Position numbers and translations under genes: made by a program. From positions 15,810,001 through 15,874,000 of the forward strand of contig OX597836.1 in the NCBI GenBank assembly GCA_951406725.2: 64,000 nucleotides of DNA. Direction: 5' to 3'. Origin of the DNA: Octopus vulgaris (Eukaryota). Below are positions 12,101 through 27,148 of the stretch, in pieces (position 1 is the first letter of the stretch; each line of letters begins with the position of its first letter). Below the pieces are notes generated by a model. It worked only from the letters and a program-made list of their open reading frames with translations. It made no database searches and had not been told where the DNA came from.

Positions 12101-15100
12101 TGATCCTAATTTTGCAGGCCGTGGGCACTGGTACCAAAAAAGTACTGGAAATAAAAATCAAATGGAAATTGTAGTTGTGATACCTGTGCCGGTGGAACGT
12201 AAAGAGCACCATCCAAACGTGGCAGATACCAGTGCCGCCTTGACTGGCTTCCATGCCGGTGGCATGTAAAAAGCGCCATTCGAGCATGATCGTTACCAGC
12301 CTCCTCTGGCACCTGTGCCGGTGGCACTTAAAAAGCACCAACCGATCGTAGCTGTTGCCAGCCTTCCCTGGCACCTGTGCCGGTGGCACGTAAAAAGCAC
12401 CAACTGATCGTGGCCGTTGCCAGCCTCGCCTGGCACGTAAAAAGCACCCATTACACTCTTGGAGTGGTTGGCATTAGGAAGGGCATCCAACTGTAGAAAC
12501 ACTGCCAAATCAGACTGGAGCCTTGTGCAGCATCCTGGCTTCCCAGACCCCGGTCGAACTGTCCAACCCATGCTAGCATGGAAAACGGACGTTAAATGAT
12601 GATGATGTCACATAACTGCACCCGTGCTGGTGCTGCTTAAATACACCCAGTACACTCTGTAAAGTGGTTGGAGTTGGGGAGGGCATCCAGCTGTAGAAAC
12701 CATGCCAAAACAGACATAGGGCCCAAGCAGCTCTTCAGCTGGACAGCTCCTGTCAAACAGGTCAACCCATGCCAGCATAGAAAATGGACAGATGGTGATG
12801 ATGAAGTAAGTGAAATGAGGAAACAAAACAAAACAAAGGGAAAGGGATGTGGAGAAAAGGAGAGAGAGAAAAGGGGACAAGAAGAAAGGTATGTGCTTCA
12901 ACACTTACCATATAATTATCGGAAATACGGGAACTGCTTTGGTCATTGGGGTCGGATTCTTTGAAGACAATCTGAAAGAAAAAGGCAAATATGGATACAG
13001 CATCATCATTCAGGTGGTGAGCTGGTGCAATAATTAGCAATATTCCAATTCCACAGAGGAAGACTATCATCCTCTTCGAGTTGATGTAATCGATTAGGCC
13101 GTTCCCACAAATTTTCAGACCTTGTGCCTATAGCAGAAGGGATTATTATTATTATTAGAGTGGCGAGCTGGCAGAATTGTTAGCACACCAGGCAAAATGC
13201 AAGAGAATGTGAGAGTGAGTATAAGGGAAATGTGAAGATGAGTGCAAGAGAATGTGAGAGTGAGTGTAAGGAAAATGTGAAGGTGAGTGTAGGAAAATGT
13301 GGGGGTGAGTGTAAGGGAAATGTGAAGGTGAGTGTAAGAGAATGTGAGAGTGAGTATAAGGGAAATGTGAAGGTGAGTGTAAGAGAATGTGAGGGTGAGT
13401 ATAAGGGAAATGTGAGGGTGAGTATAAGGGAAATGTGAAGGTGAGTGCAAGAGAATGTGAGAGTGAGTATAAGGGAAATGTGAAGGTGAGTGTAAGAGAA
13501 TGTAAGGCTGAGTATAAGGGAAATGTGAAGGTGAGTGTAAGAGAATGTGAAGGTGAGTATAAGGGAAATGTGAAGGTGAGTGTAAGAGAATGTGAGGGTG
13601 AGTGTAAGGGAAATGTGAAGGTGAGTGTAAGAGAAATGTGAAGGTGAGTGTAAGAGAATGTGAAGGTGGGTGTAAAAGAATGTGAGGGTGAGTATAAGGG
13701 AAATGTGAAGGTGAGTGTAAGAGAATGTGGGGGTGAGTATAAGGGAAATGTGAAGGTGAGTGTAAGAGAATGTGGGGGTGAGTGTAAGAGAATGTGAGAG
13801 TGAGTATAAGGGAAATGTGAAGGTGAGTGTAAGGGAAATGTGAAGGTGAGTGTAAGAGAATGTGAGGGTGAGTGTAAAAGAATGTGAGAGTAAGTAGAAG
13901 GGAAATGTGAAGGTGAGTGTAAGAGAATGTGAGGGTGAGTGTAAGAGAATGTGAGGGTGAGTATAAAGAGCATGAGAATGTGCATTAGAGTGGTACTAGT
14001 ATAAAATGGGAAATTTCTAGTGATTTAGATATGGAGGTTGATAACATTGCAAATAATTGTGTGTGTGTGTGTGTGTGTGTCTGTTACATTAATTGCAAAA
14101 TGAAATAAATAAATAACACTGAGAGGAAACCAGCCTGTTTCCACACTCACCTGAAGACAGTCAGAAAACTTGGAAACTCCAGAACCTTTTGTATTGAAGA
14201 TACCGGCGGAAGCTGGAACAGAAGAAGAGATTGATGTTATGGTGGTGAGTGTGACAGAGGAGTGAAGGATGAATTTAAGGGTGTTGGGTGTATTTGAGGG
14301 CGTTGGGGGAAATTTGAATGTGTTTGGAGGGATCTGAGGGTGTTGAGGGAGATTTGAGGGTGTTCGGTGAGTTTAAGGGTGTTGGGTAGATTTGTAGATG
14401 TTGGGTGGATTTGTGGATGCTGAGGGTGAATTGATGGTGTTGAGGCTAAATTAAGGGTGTTGGAGGGGATTTGAAAGTGTTAGGAGGGATTCGAGCGAGT
14501 CGGGTGGATTTGAGGGAGTCGGGTGGATTTGGAGGAGCCGGGTGGATTTGGGGGAGTCGGGTGGATTTGGGGGAGCCGGGTGGATTTGGGGGAGCCGGGT
14601 GGATTTGGGGAAGCCGGGTGGATTTGGGGAAGCCGGGTGGATTTGGGGGAGCCGGGTGGATTCGGGGGAGCCGGGTGGATTTGGGGGAGCCGGGTGGGTT
14701 GGGGGAGCCGGGAGGATTTGGGGAAGCCGGGTGGATTTGGGGGAGCCAGGTGGATTTGGGGGGAGTCGGATGGATTTGGGGGAGTCGGGTGGATTTGGGG
14801 GTGTTGTGTGGATATGCAGGCATGGGGAAGGGTTGAGGATTCTGGGAGAGGGGATGGAGAGCTGAGTGCAATTTGGAAATTCAAGGGTAAAGAGAAAATT
14901 TAAGTGCAATAGGTGGGGATTTGAATGTGGTGGTGGTGAAATTTGAGCCGGTCAAAAGTATACTCAAACTGTGCTCAAAGTGTCAACAGTTTAACCAAAA
15001 CGAGGTAACAGTAGACTCAAAAGCAGGAACTATTTTAGCTAAATTGGAGTAAAAATCATGGACCCCACTGTAGGCAAAAAGCAGTACTCACAGTCAGCTG

Positions 15101-17080
15101 TTAAATAACTGACAATCTTCTCCAAAAGGGTGAGGTAAATGAACTTGTTCTCCTTGTTGATGTTTACTTTCATGAACAGGTCAAAGATGTAACTAGAAAG
15201 AGAAAGAGAGAAAGAGTTTGGTGGACAAAGTGGTAATAATTTTATCCCTTGTAGGCACAAAGTTTGGAAATTTTAGAGAGGGGTTTAGTCAGTTACACTG
15301 ACCTCCCAGTGTTTAACTGGTACTTAATTTTATCAACTCCTGAAGTATGAAAGGCAAAGTTGACCTCGGTGGAATTTAAAACCAGAACATAAAGATGAAG
15401 GAAATGCTGCTAAATATTTTGTCTGTTGCGCTAACAATTCTGTAAGCTCATTGCCTTATAATAATAATAATAATTAATTCTTTTTATTGGCCACACATGA
15501 TTAGAAAACATAAAGGGACAAAACACGACGCAAGGTTACAAAGGGTTTTGTCCGTTTGTGAAAAAATTGTGTAAAAACAGTGTAACAATCAAATAATATA
15601 ACAACGAAAAACTCCCAATAGGGGGAAGAGTTATGAAAGGTTCCTGGTGGAAAAACCCATAAAAGCCAACGGGAGCCTGGTCAAAAAAGGTGGGTAGAGA
15701 GCCCCTTTCTCCTTTTATAACACCTTTTTCAATTACAGGCGAAACCTGAAAATTGGTCCATTTATACTGGCCATTCTTGCACAATTCACCCACAGTCAAG
15801 GAGGCACTGGCATCGGCCACGTTCAGATGGTAATAATAATAATAATAATCCTTGATACTAAAGGCACAAAGCCTGAAATATTGTGGGAGGGGACTAGTTG
15901 ATTACATTGACCCCAGTGTTTCACTGGTACTCAATTTAATCACTGGTATTTATTTAATCAAGAATGAAAAGCAAAGTTTACCCCAGCAGAATTGGAACTC
16001 AGAACATAAAAATGGATGAAATTCCACTAGGCATTTTGCCCAGCATGCTAATGTATAATTGTGATACCCATGCCGGTGGCACATAAAAAGCACCATCCGA
16101 ACGTAGCCGATGCCAGCGCCGCCTTGACTGGCTTCCGTGCCGGTGGCACGTTAAAAGCACTGACCAATCGTGGCCGCTGCCAGACTCCCCTGGCTCCTGT
16201 GCCGGTGGCACGTAAAAAGCACCCACTACACTCACGGAGTGGTTGGCGTTAGGAAGGGCATCCAGCTGTAGAAACACTGCCAGATCAGACTGGAGCCTTG
16301 TGCAACCTCCTGGCTTCCCAGACCCCGGTCGAACCGTCCAACCCGTGCTAGCGCAGAAAACGGACGTTAAACGATGATGATGATGATGATGTGGAAGGAG
16401 TTCTGCTCTCACAACATAAAGGAAATGTAGACTCCGAAAGATGCAGCAAAGGCAACCTACTTAGAGGAAGCGAAACGCTGTAAGATGTGATACAGAAGAA
16501 AGAGGAATTTTTAGTCTTGGCAGAAAACTTCTTTGGGGTTGGGTGGTCTAATGAAATACAGGTGACATCTCTTGTGGTGGTGGGATGATGGAAAATATGC
16601 ATATGCACTCAATCCATGCTGTGAAGTAGTTGGCAATAGGAAGGAGACCCAGGGTTAAAAATTAACCATTAATAACTATGAGGGGAAACCTGACATACAC
16701 AGCAACATAATAAACCTCTGAGTGGTTCCCAAAGTGGGCAGTACTGCCCCTCCTTGGAGGTGGTGGGAAGATCAGGCTGGGGTGGGGATGGATTGAAGAA
16801 AAGTGGGGCAATAACAGGGTGGCCAAAGGGGGTGATGGATGTAAAAACAACCCAAAATAATGGGTTGATTAGGTTAAGTGAAATAGGCGCAGGAGTGGCT
16901 GTGTGGTAAGAAGCTTGCTTACCAAACACATGGTTGGTTCCGGGTTCAGTCCCACTGCGTGGCATCTTGGGCAAGTGTCTTCTACTATAGCCTCGGGCTG
17001 ACCAAAGCCTTGTGAGTGGATTTGGTAGATGGAAACTGAAAGAAGCCCGGTATATATATAGATATATATATATATATATA

Positions 17081-17118
<38 letters not shown>

Positions 17119-19056
17119 TATGTATGTGTGTCTGTGTTTGTCCCCCTAGCATTGCTTGACAACCGATGCTGGTGTGTTTACGTCACCGTCATTTAGCAGT
17201 TCGGCAAAAGAGAACGATAGAATAAGTACTGGGCTTACAAAGAATAAGTCCCGGGGTCGATTTGTTTGACTAAAGGCGGTGCTCCAGCATGGCCACAGTC
17301 AAATGACTGAAACAAGTAAAAAGAGCATTGTTTTAAACTTGCTGTAAAAAGAGGTCTATTTTCCTGGTGGTGAGTTGGGGTGGAGGTGTTAGAAATATGA
17401 CCTGGGGGCCAAGGGGATGGCAGCCTGCAAAAATTTAGGAACCAACATTCTTTCAGGGTTGATAAAATAAGTACCTATTTCTTAACTACCCACAAGGGGC
17501 TAAACACAGAGAGGATAAACAAGGACAGACAAACGGATTAAGTCGATTACATCGACCCCAGTGCGTAACTGGTACTTAATTCATCGACCCCGAAAGGATG
17601 AAAGGCAAAGTCGACCTTGGCGGAATTTGAACTCAGGACGTAACGGTAGATGAAATACGGCTACGCATTTCGTCCGGCATGCTAACGTTTCTGCCAGTTG
17701 AGTACCAGTTGAGTACTGGGGTCGACAGGAGTTGGGGAGAAGCTGAGCAAAAAAAAAAAAAAAACCATATCTGTCTTATTTGTGTTGATGAGGAAAAGCT
17801 AATGCAAAATGACAAGGAGAATAACAATGATGTCTAATTTAGGCGCAGTGCCAGACCATATTTGGAGAACAGCTATAATTGCTTAAATTGATTCATGAAT
17901 TAGACTGGCATTTTGGTATCTGCTGCTTTACCATTTCTGTCAATGATAAGAAAATAATGGTTTCTAATATTGGCACATGATAATAAAATTAGAGTTGATG
18001 CTGTTTTTTTTAATTATTTTTAGATACTCTTTTACTCTTTTACATGTTTCAGTCATTTGACTGCGGCTATGCTGGAGCACCGCCTTTAATCGAGCAACTC
18101 GACCCCCGGGACTTATTCTTTTGTAAGCACAGCACTTATTCTATCGGTCTCTTTTGCCGAACCGCTAAGTAACGGGGACATAAACACACCAGCATCGGTT
18201 GTCAAGCAATGCTAGGGGGACAAACACAGACACACAAACGCATATATATAGATACATATATACGTAATCGGGCTTCTTTCAGTTTCCGTCTACCTAATCC
18301 ACTCACAAGGCTTTGGTTGGCCCGAGGCTATAGTAGAAGACACTTGCCCAAGGTGCCACGCAGTGGGACTGAACCCGGAACCATGTGGTTGGTTAGCAAG
18401 CTACTTACCACACAGCCACTCCTGCGCCTATATAGATACATATATACGACGGGCTTCTTTCAGTTTCCGTCTACCAAATCCACTCACAAGGCTTTGGTTG
18501 GCCCGAGGCTATAGTAGAAGACACTTGCCCAAGGTTCCATGCAGTGGGACTGAACCCGGAACCATGTGGTTGGTAAACAAGCTACTTAACACACAGCCAT
18601 TCCTGCGCCTATGATATGTTTTTGTTTATAGCTTAACCATTTTGATACCAGCCCACGTGAGATTGTTCAATAAAATAAAATCCCTATTTTGAAGTGATTT
18701 CACTTAAAAATTTGAATCAAAATTTCATGTTAATTTATGCGCCAAGCACCAACTTAATCTTTTAGCTTACTCTGTCAAATGCGAAGCTTATTTATTCTAT
18801 TATAGGCGCAAGGCCTGGAATTTTGGGGGAGGGGGGCAGTTGATTAGATCGACCCCAGTGTTCAATTACTAATTATTTTATTGACCTCAAAAGGATGAAA
18901 GGCAAAATCAGCGTTGGTGGAATTTGAACTCGGAACGTAAAGAAGGATGAAATGCCGCTAACCATTTTGCCCAGCGTGCTAACAATTCTGTCAACAATTC
19001 CTTAATAATAATAGTAATAATAATAATAATAAATAATAATAATGATAATAATAATG

Positions 19057-19104
<48 letters not shown>

Positions 19105-20896
19105 GAACTATTACTACCCATGTATTTTAATTTAACTTTAAAAAAAAAATGAACGAACTAGTGAGTTTAGTTTAATGGCCTACCAATGTATACTATGAGT
19201 TTCTTTGCCCTAGGAGTCGGGAAGACACTCGGCAAGAAATGGAAGCAAATTTGAAAGAAGAAAAAAAAAGGAAGAAAAATGATAATAATAATAATAATTG
19301 CATGTGAAAATTTAAGATCAAATTTTAAAAATTTTAAATAATTTCCATCTTGTAGCCCAGGAATGGTAGCAGCAGAAAACATACCTTCCTGGTTTGGTTG
19401 CACGCCTATCAGAATTTAAAGGTTCGCTGTCCAAGACATCCTCAAGTTCCTTAATGCAAGCTGAAATAAATTGTAACAATGGAAACTTAAAAACATATCA
19501 GTAATAGACAGAACACATGGCATCAAGCAACGAGAAAGTTTCCATGTAATACTTCAATCTGCTAGAAAAAGCAGCTAAATCTACCTCATAACACCTCTGT
19601 AAAGTGGTTGGCATGAGGAAGGGCATCCAACTGCTAGAAAATTGGGTGGGTATGTATGCAAGAGAGATGACTGTGCTTGTTTGGTCATGTGATTGTTTGT
19701 TTTTTGTTTGTTGAGCGAAGCGGTCTTCGTCCCAGAGTGGGAGAAGTCCGAAACGTGGTCCTTTGCTATTCGTAAGACCCACAGAAGAGAAAGCAGGTCA
19801 ACCCCCGACACCGAGAGCATCGACGGATGGATGAATGCGCATCCAGGCTCAGCGGTTGCGTAGGAAGTCGGGGACAAGAAACAGGAAGAAAGAGTGAGAG
19901 AAAGTTGGAGCGAAAGAGTACAACAGGGGTCGTCACCACCCCCTGCTGGAGCCTCGTGGAGCTTTAGGTGTTTTCGCTCAATAAACACACACAACGCCCG
20001 GTCTGGGAATCGAAACCATGATCCTCCAACCGCGAGTCCACTGCCTTAACCACTGGGTCATTGCGCCTCCACTGCTGGTGCTGTGTAAACGCACCCATGC
20101 CTGCGACACATAAAAAGTGCTCAGCACACTCTGTAAAGTGGTTGGCATTAGGAAGGGCATCCAACTGTAGACACAATGCCAGAACAGACAATTGAATTCT
20201 GGACACTTCCTCCGACTGGCCAGCTCCTGTCAAACTGTCCAATCCATGCCAGCATGGAAAACGGACATTAAACGATGAGGCACGTGAACAAAACATTCGA
20301 GCGAGGTCATTGCCAGTGCTGCTGGACTGACTCCTGTGCAGGTGGCATGTAAAAAACACCATTTCCAAGCGTGGCCGTTGCCAGTACCGCTAGACTGGCC
20401 CTCATGCCGGCAGTACTTTAAAAGCACCGACTACACTCTTGGAGTGGTTGGCATTAGGAAGGGCATCCGGCTGTAGAAACTCTGCCAGATCAGATTGGAG
20501 CCTGGCGCAGTCATCTGGTTCGCCAGTCCTCAGTCAAATCATCCAACCCATGCTAGCATGGAAAGCAAACGTTAAACAATGATGATGAGGATGATGAGGA
20601 TGATACATTTGGTGGAGTAAACTGAATGCTAAAGGGTCAAGGAGTTAATGATGGGGGAAGGAAGGCACTGAACCCGTTTTAGTATAGTGTATCATCTTTA
20701 AGGAGTTAGCGAAGGCATTGGGTCTAAGAGCTCATAGACATCTCTGAAGAGATACTGATGAAGGGTAAGGATGAAAAAGGCCCAAGGTTGGGGACAGCCA
20801 GTCGTATTTTGCAAAAGGTAGGTCAGTTGTGGAGAAATCATTACACTTATTTTTCGACAAATAATATCTTTGCATAACTGTTGCTACTGCTGCTGC

Positions 20897-20931
<35 letters not shown>

Positions 20932-21289
20932 GAAGTGTTGGTATGACCATCACTGCATTACTACTACTACTACTACTACTACATTAATACGATAGCCTCT
21001 AGTATAATGCTACTATAGTAGTAGCTATATTGCTGCTGCTGCTGCTACTACTACTGCTACTATTATTACCACCACCACTGCTACTGCTGTTACTACTGCT
21101 GCTACTACTAATACAGTATTTGTAGCAGTAGCAGCAGTACTAGTCCACAGCAATGCACCAATATTAGGTCCACTGAGAGACTGGTTGTATTGATTTCCAG
21201 AGGAATATTACAGTTTATGGAGTGGAATTGTCCAATATGGAGATATATGGAGATGGAGAGGAGCAACAACTAGTGACATACAGACAGAC

Positions 21290-21324
<35 letters not shown>

Positions 21325-21332
21325 CGTCTGTC

Positions 21333-21387
<55 letters not shown>

Positions 21388-21406
21388 CTATCTGTCTCTG
21401 TGTGTG

Positions 21407-21438
<32 letters not shown>

Positions 21439-21461
21439 TGAGAGAGAGACACACGCACAAA

Positions 21462-21541
<80 letters not shown>

Positions 21542-21952
21542 CAGAGAGACAGACAGACAGAGCAAGCGAAAAACAGGTAAACACATACTCACACTGACAG
21601 ATAAACATATATATAGATAAATATATACAAGGACACACACACATACACACAAGTATACCTAAATACATGGAGAAACAATCGCACATGTACATGCATACAA
21701 TACGTACACAGACAGACACACATACATGTACACAGACAAGCCTATTCACAGAGACGCACTGACACACACACACATACATACAGAGACAATCAGAGAGAAT
21801 CACACACACACACACACAGATTACGAAATTTACAGACACAACTGCATATACATACATACATAGACACAATAAGATATTAACAGATGAGACAATTACACAC
21901 AATAATAAATGTACAGACAAAACCACATTCATACATAGACAAAAACATAAAC

Positions 21953-21986
<34 letters not shown>

Positions 21987-23386
21987 GCATACAGAGGTAC
22001 ACTTATATATACACAGAGACAATCACACATACAGTATGCACACACGTTCTGTCACAGATATACATATTCACATATACACCCACACACACACTAAAAGAAA
22101 TATGATCATACACACACAAACACATATATGTAGACAAAAAAACAAACATATACACACACACACACACACACTTACATATACAGAGACAATCACAGATAAA
22201 TACATATTGACATGAATGGACACATATTCTTTTATAGATACGCAATCACATACATAGATATACATATTCACAAACACACACACATCAGTTCATGGAAATA
22301 CAATCACACACACACTGATAGAACACACATACATCTAACACACACACACTGATAGTACATACATACATCTAACACACACACACACATTGATAGTGCACAC
22401 ATCCAACACACACACACTGATAGTACACACATACATTTAACACACACACACACATACATACACACTGATAGTACACACATCTAACACACACACACTGATG
22501 GTACACACATCTAACACACACACACTGATGGTACACACATCTAACACACACACACATGGATGAAAAATTGTAAATGAAGAGATGAGTGTGTATGTATGCA
22601 TCGGAGTCAGAGTGACTCTGTGTGTGTGTGTGTGTGTGTATGTTGATGTGTGTGCATGCAGGTGTTCATGTGTGTGTGCGTGTGTGTGCATACTGGTGTT
22701 TGTACATTTGTGTGTGCATTCAGTTGCATTAGTATGTGTGCGTACACTGACGTTTGTTTGCATGTGTATGCACACCCATGTGTGAGCATGTACAGGTGTT
22801 ATGTGTGCGTATGTGAGCGTGTGCATGGGTGAATGCATGTGCTGGTATTCACCAATGCATATAGTGTACATTAGCAAATGCACATTGGTGCACATGTGCA
22901 TGCATGCATGCGTGTGTGTGTCTGCCTATATGTGAGTGAATAGTGTGTACTGATGTGTTTGTGTGTGCATGCACATACACTGGTGTATATATGTATGAAG
23001 GGCGTCCAGCTGTAGAAACACTGCCAGATCAGAATGGGCCTGGTGCAGCCTTCTGGCTTCCCAGACCCCAGTTGAACCGTCCAACCCATGCCAGCATGGA
23101 AAGCGGACGTTAGACAATGATGATGATGTATATGTATATACATGTGGCAATATGCAAGCAAATGGCAGGATTGATACTGGGAACCTTCAGAACAAGGGAC
23201 CAGGAAACTCTGCTGGATCTACAGAGGAAATTTGTACTCAGCTGTCTGGACTACTGCTCTCAACTGTGGGTCACCCTACAGCAACGTTTCTCAACCAGGG
23301 TCCTACAAAAGGTTCCTAGGGGTTCCATGAGACAGACTGAGATAAGCTAATACTAATTTCATGATCATGATATATGTGTATATATG

Positions 23387-23464
<78 letters not shown>

Positions 23465-26400
23465 AATTACCATGTGAACTATGATGAAAAAAATATGAGA
23501 AAGATGTGGTAAATAATTTTTTTTTATGCAAGGGTTCCTTGGGACATGTAATTTATTTTAAGGGTTATGCAAAGTTGAGAAACACTGCTCTACAGGGTCA
23601 AATTAATAGCGGAACTTGAGGCAATTCAGCAGAACTAACACCCGGAAGATTGCATCAATGGAAGAGATGGAGAGACTGGAAGAGCTACAACTCTACTCCA
23701 TGGAGTGAAGATGGGAGAAGTATACAGTGACATACATATGGAAGATCCTGGAAGGGTTGGCACCAAACTTTGGCATCAAGAGCTATACTAACCCCCTGAA
23801 TGGGACACAATTTCAAAGATCCAAGCTATCCCATCTAGAGTGATGACCCTGTACTGCAATAGCTCAGGATTCAAGGGTCCACAGCTATTTAATGTTGTGC
23901 CAAAATATTTGAGGGATTTTCATAGTATAGCAACTTGACCTCTTGCTATCCAAGGTCCCAGACGAACCTATATCATGGCAAGAAACTCAAAAGAGGGCAG
24001 CAGTGTCGAGCTCCTTCCTTCACCAAAAGCCAATTGCATAAGAATGGCTACTGAAAAGGTGATTACACCAGCAGTGCTCCAGCATGGCCACAGCTTTTGG
24101 GCTGAAACATATAAAATAAATAGAGTCTTCCATATAAAAAGAGTATGTGATACAATAGTTAAGATGAAATTAACTATAAGCATCTCAATAACTATATTTA
24201 TTTCAGCATACGGCGCAGGAGTGCCTGTGTGGTAAGTAGCTTGCTTACCAACCACATGGTTCCAGGTTCTGTACCACTGTATGGCACCTTCGGCAAGTAT
24301 CTTCTACTGTAGCCTCGGGCCGACCGAACCTTGTGAGTGGATTTGGTAGACGGATATATATATATATATATGTATATGTGTGTGTGTGTGTTTGTGAGTC
24401 TGTGTTTGTCCCCCCAACATCGCTTGACAACCGATGCTGGTGTGTTTACGTCCCCCGTAACTTAGCGGTTCAGCAAAATAGACCGATAGAATAAGTACTA
24501 GGCTTTCAAAGAATAAGTCCTGGGGTCAATTTGCTCGACTAAAGGTGGTGCTCCAGCAACGAGTAAAAGACAGTAAAGAGAATATGCCCCACAGGCAGGG
24601 CTGCCAGAAGAACTGAAGGACCCCTTCTATGAGACCTTCCCTGATGGTGACCACATTATTGTGGCTGGTGATGTCAATGGACATGTTGGTGGCTTCTCTG
24701 TCGTACATGGAAGTTACAGTTATGGTTGAAGAAATGAGAAATGAAGGTGTAAGACTCCTGGAGTTTCTGCGATGCAAATTGATCAAATAATTTGCAACAT
24801 GCACTTTCAGAAACCAGCCAACCAGCTCATCACCTTCTAATCTGGGGAACGCACAAGTTAGAATCTCACAAGGAAATGGAGCAGAAAGTCTATTCATCAT
24901 CATCATGTCTGTTTTCTATGCTGGCATGGGTTGGACAGTTTTGCCAGAGCTGGGAAGCCTGGGAGCTGCACCAGGTTCCAGTCTGATTTGGCATGGCTTC
25001 TAATACCAACCACTCCATAGAGTGTACTGGGTGCTTTTAACGCGGCACCAACACAAGCACATTTATGTGGTATTGGCACAGGACTCTTGCAGCCCAAATT
25101 TCTTCACCATATTCATCATCATCATCATCATCATCCGTTTAACGTCCGTTCTCCATCCTAGCATGGATTGGACGGTTCGACCGGGGATCTGGGAAGCCAG
25201 AAGGCTGCACCAGGCTCCAGTCTTATCTGGCAGTGTTTCTACAGCTGGATGCCCTTCCTAACGCCAACCACTCCATGAGTGTAGTGGGTGCTTCTTACGT
25301 GCCACCTGCACAGGTGCCAGGCGAGGCTGGCAACGACCACGGTCGGATTGGTGCATTTTACGTGCCACCGGCACAGAAGCCAGTCGAGTAGATACCAAAA
25401 CCTTTCCTGGTGAAGAATGCACCATGCAACATAGGTTAGTGGTTAGTGACTTCAAAGTTAGAGCTAGGCAGACTCAGAAACAAAGGATGTTCTGGAGAAG
25501 GAAGATAAGGCGGTGAACTGGCAGAAACGTCAGCAGGCCGGGCGAAACGCTTAGCGGTATTTCGTCTGCCGTTACGTTCTATCAACCTCTACAAGATATT
25601 ACTCTCTCTCTTTTACTTGTTTCAGTCATTTGACTGCGGCCATGCTGGAGCACCGCCTTTAGTCGAGCAAATCGACCCCGGGACTTATTCTTTGTAAGCC
25701 CAGTACTTATTCTATCGGTCTCTTTTGCCGAACCGTTAAGTGACGTAAACACACCAGCATCGGTTGTCAAGCAATGTTAGGGGGACAAACACAGACACAC
25801 AAACACACACACATATATATATATACATATATACGACAGGCTTCTTTCAGTTTCCGTCTACCAAATCCACTCACAAGGCATTGGTCGGCCCGGGGCTATA
25901 GCAGAAGACACTTGCCCAAGATGCCACGCAGTGGGACTGAACCCGGAATCATGTGGTTAGTTAGCAAGCTACTTACCACACAGCCACTCCTGCACCTATG
26001 TGATCCCTTACTCTGTAGTTTGACCCCAGATTTCCTGCCTACTATTATATCCATAATTTAACCGTTTTGTTACCATATTTCGGCTGAAATACACCGCCTT
26101 TGTTTCAATTAATTTTGAAAAGCCTGAAGAATTTAGTAAATTAATTTTATGATTATTAACCCTTTAGCAATCAGATTAATCTCTCAAATGTAAGGCTTAT
26201 TTATTCACCTTGTTTTGAATTAATCATGCATTATCTTGTAACTTTGAGATTTCAATGCTGTGATTGTATATTTTGAAATAACAGTTCTGGGTTTACGTCC
26301 TTGTAACTCAGCAGTTTGGCAAAAGAGACTGACAGAATAAAGTACCAGGTTTTAAAATAAATAAATAAATAAATAAATACTGGGGATCAATTTGTTCAAC

Positions 26401-27115
26401 TAAAAATTCTTCAAGGCGATGGATGCCCCAGCATGGCCACAGTCTAATGACTGAAAGAAAGAAGAGAGAAGACAAAAACTACCGCAGAAAGAATTCTATG
26501 CTCCCACTTACTCTTTCACCACCACCACACAATCAACTGCCGTCACTTACACCTCTGTCGGTTGAAGCCAGACTTGACCATTCCCAAAACCTCCATTCCT
26601 TATAATCATCTCCCAAAAGCCATCACCACCATCACCAAACCACATCATCTTCATCTTCAGTCCAAGGGAATTCTGCACTCAATCCCAAGTTCTACCAATT
26701 CCAAAATGTTCAACTACACACACACACACACACATAAACACACACACACAGTGGTCTTCACACATCCTCGTCCCTTTCTGCCCCGCTTCTTAGGTTTTCA
26801 GCATCACTGAGGGTTGGGGGATGGATGGAGGGAGGTAGAGAGAGAGAGAGAGAGAAGACATGACTTTAATATCACAACAACCCACCACCCCTGCGACCCC
26901 TAGGTCAACACGGAGGTCAAATTATAGAGGTGTGTGCATGTGCATATGTGCCTGTCTCTGTATATGTGTGTGAGTGTGTGTATGTGGATGTATGTAATTG
27001 TGCACATTTGTGTTGTGTGTGTGTGTTTGTGTGTCCATGCGTGGGAGGGAGAGCAGAGAGGGCAAAGACACTAACCCAACACAACAGTCTCTCTCTCTCT
27101 CTCTTCCTTTCTCTT

Positions 27116-27148
<33 letters not shown>

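Noticed and set aside
12181-12450. Repeat-spacer-like array as a CRISPR analogue
   Set aside because: The variable parts are short, mutually homologous and recur across LINE copies, so they are not acquired foreign spacers. Kept only as an RTE UTR module finding.
14446-14909. Pro/Gly-rich collagen- or extensin-like ORFs
   Set aside because: Translations of a 19-bp minisatellite inside an RTEL1 intron
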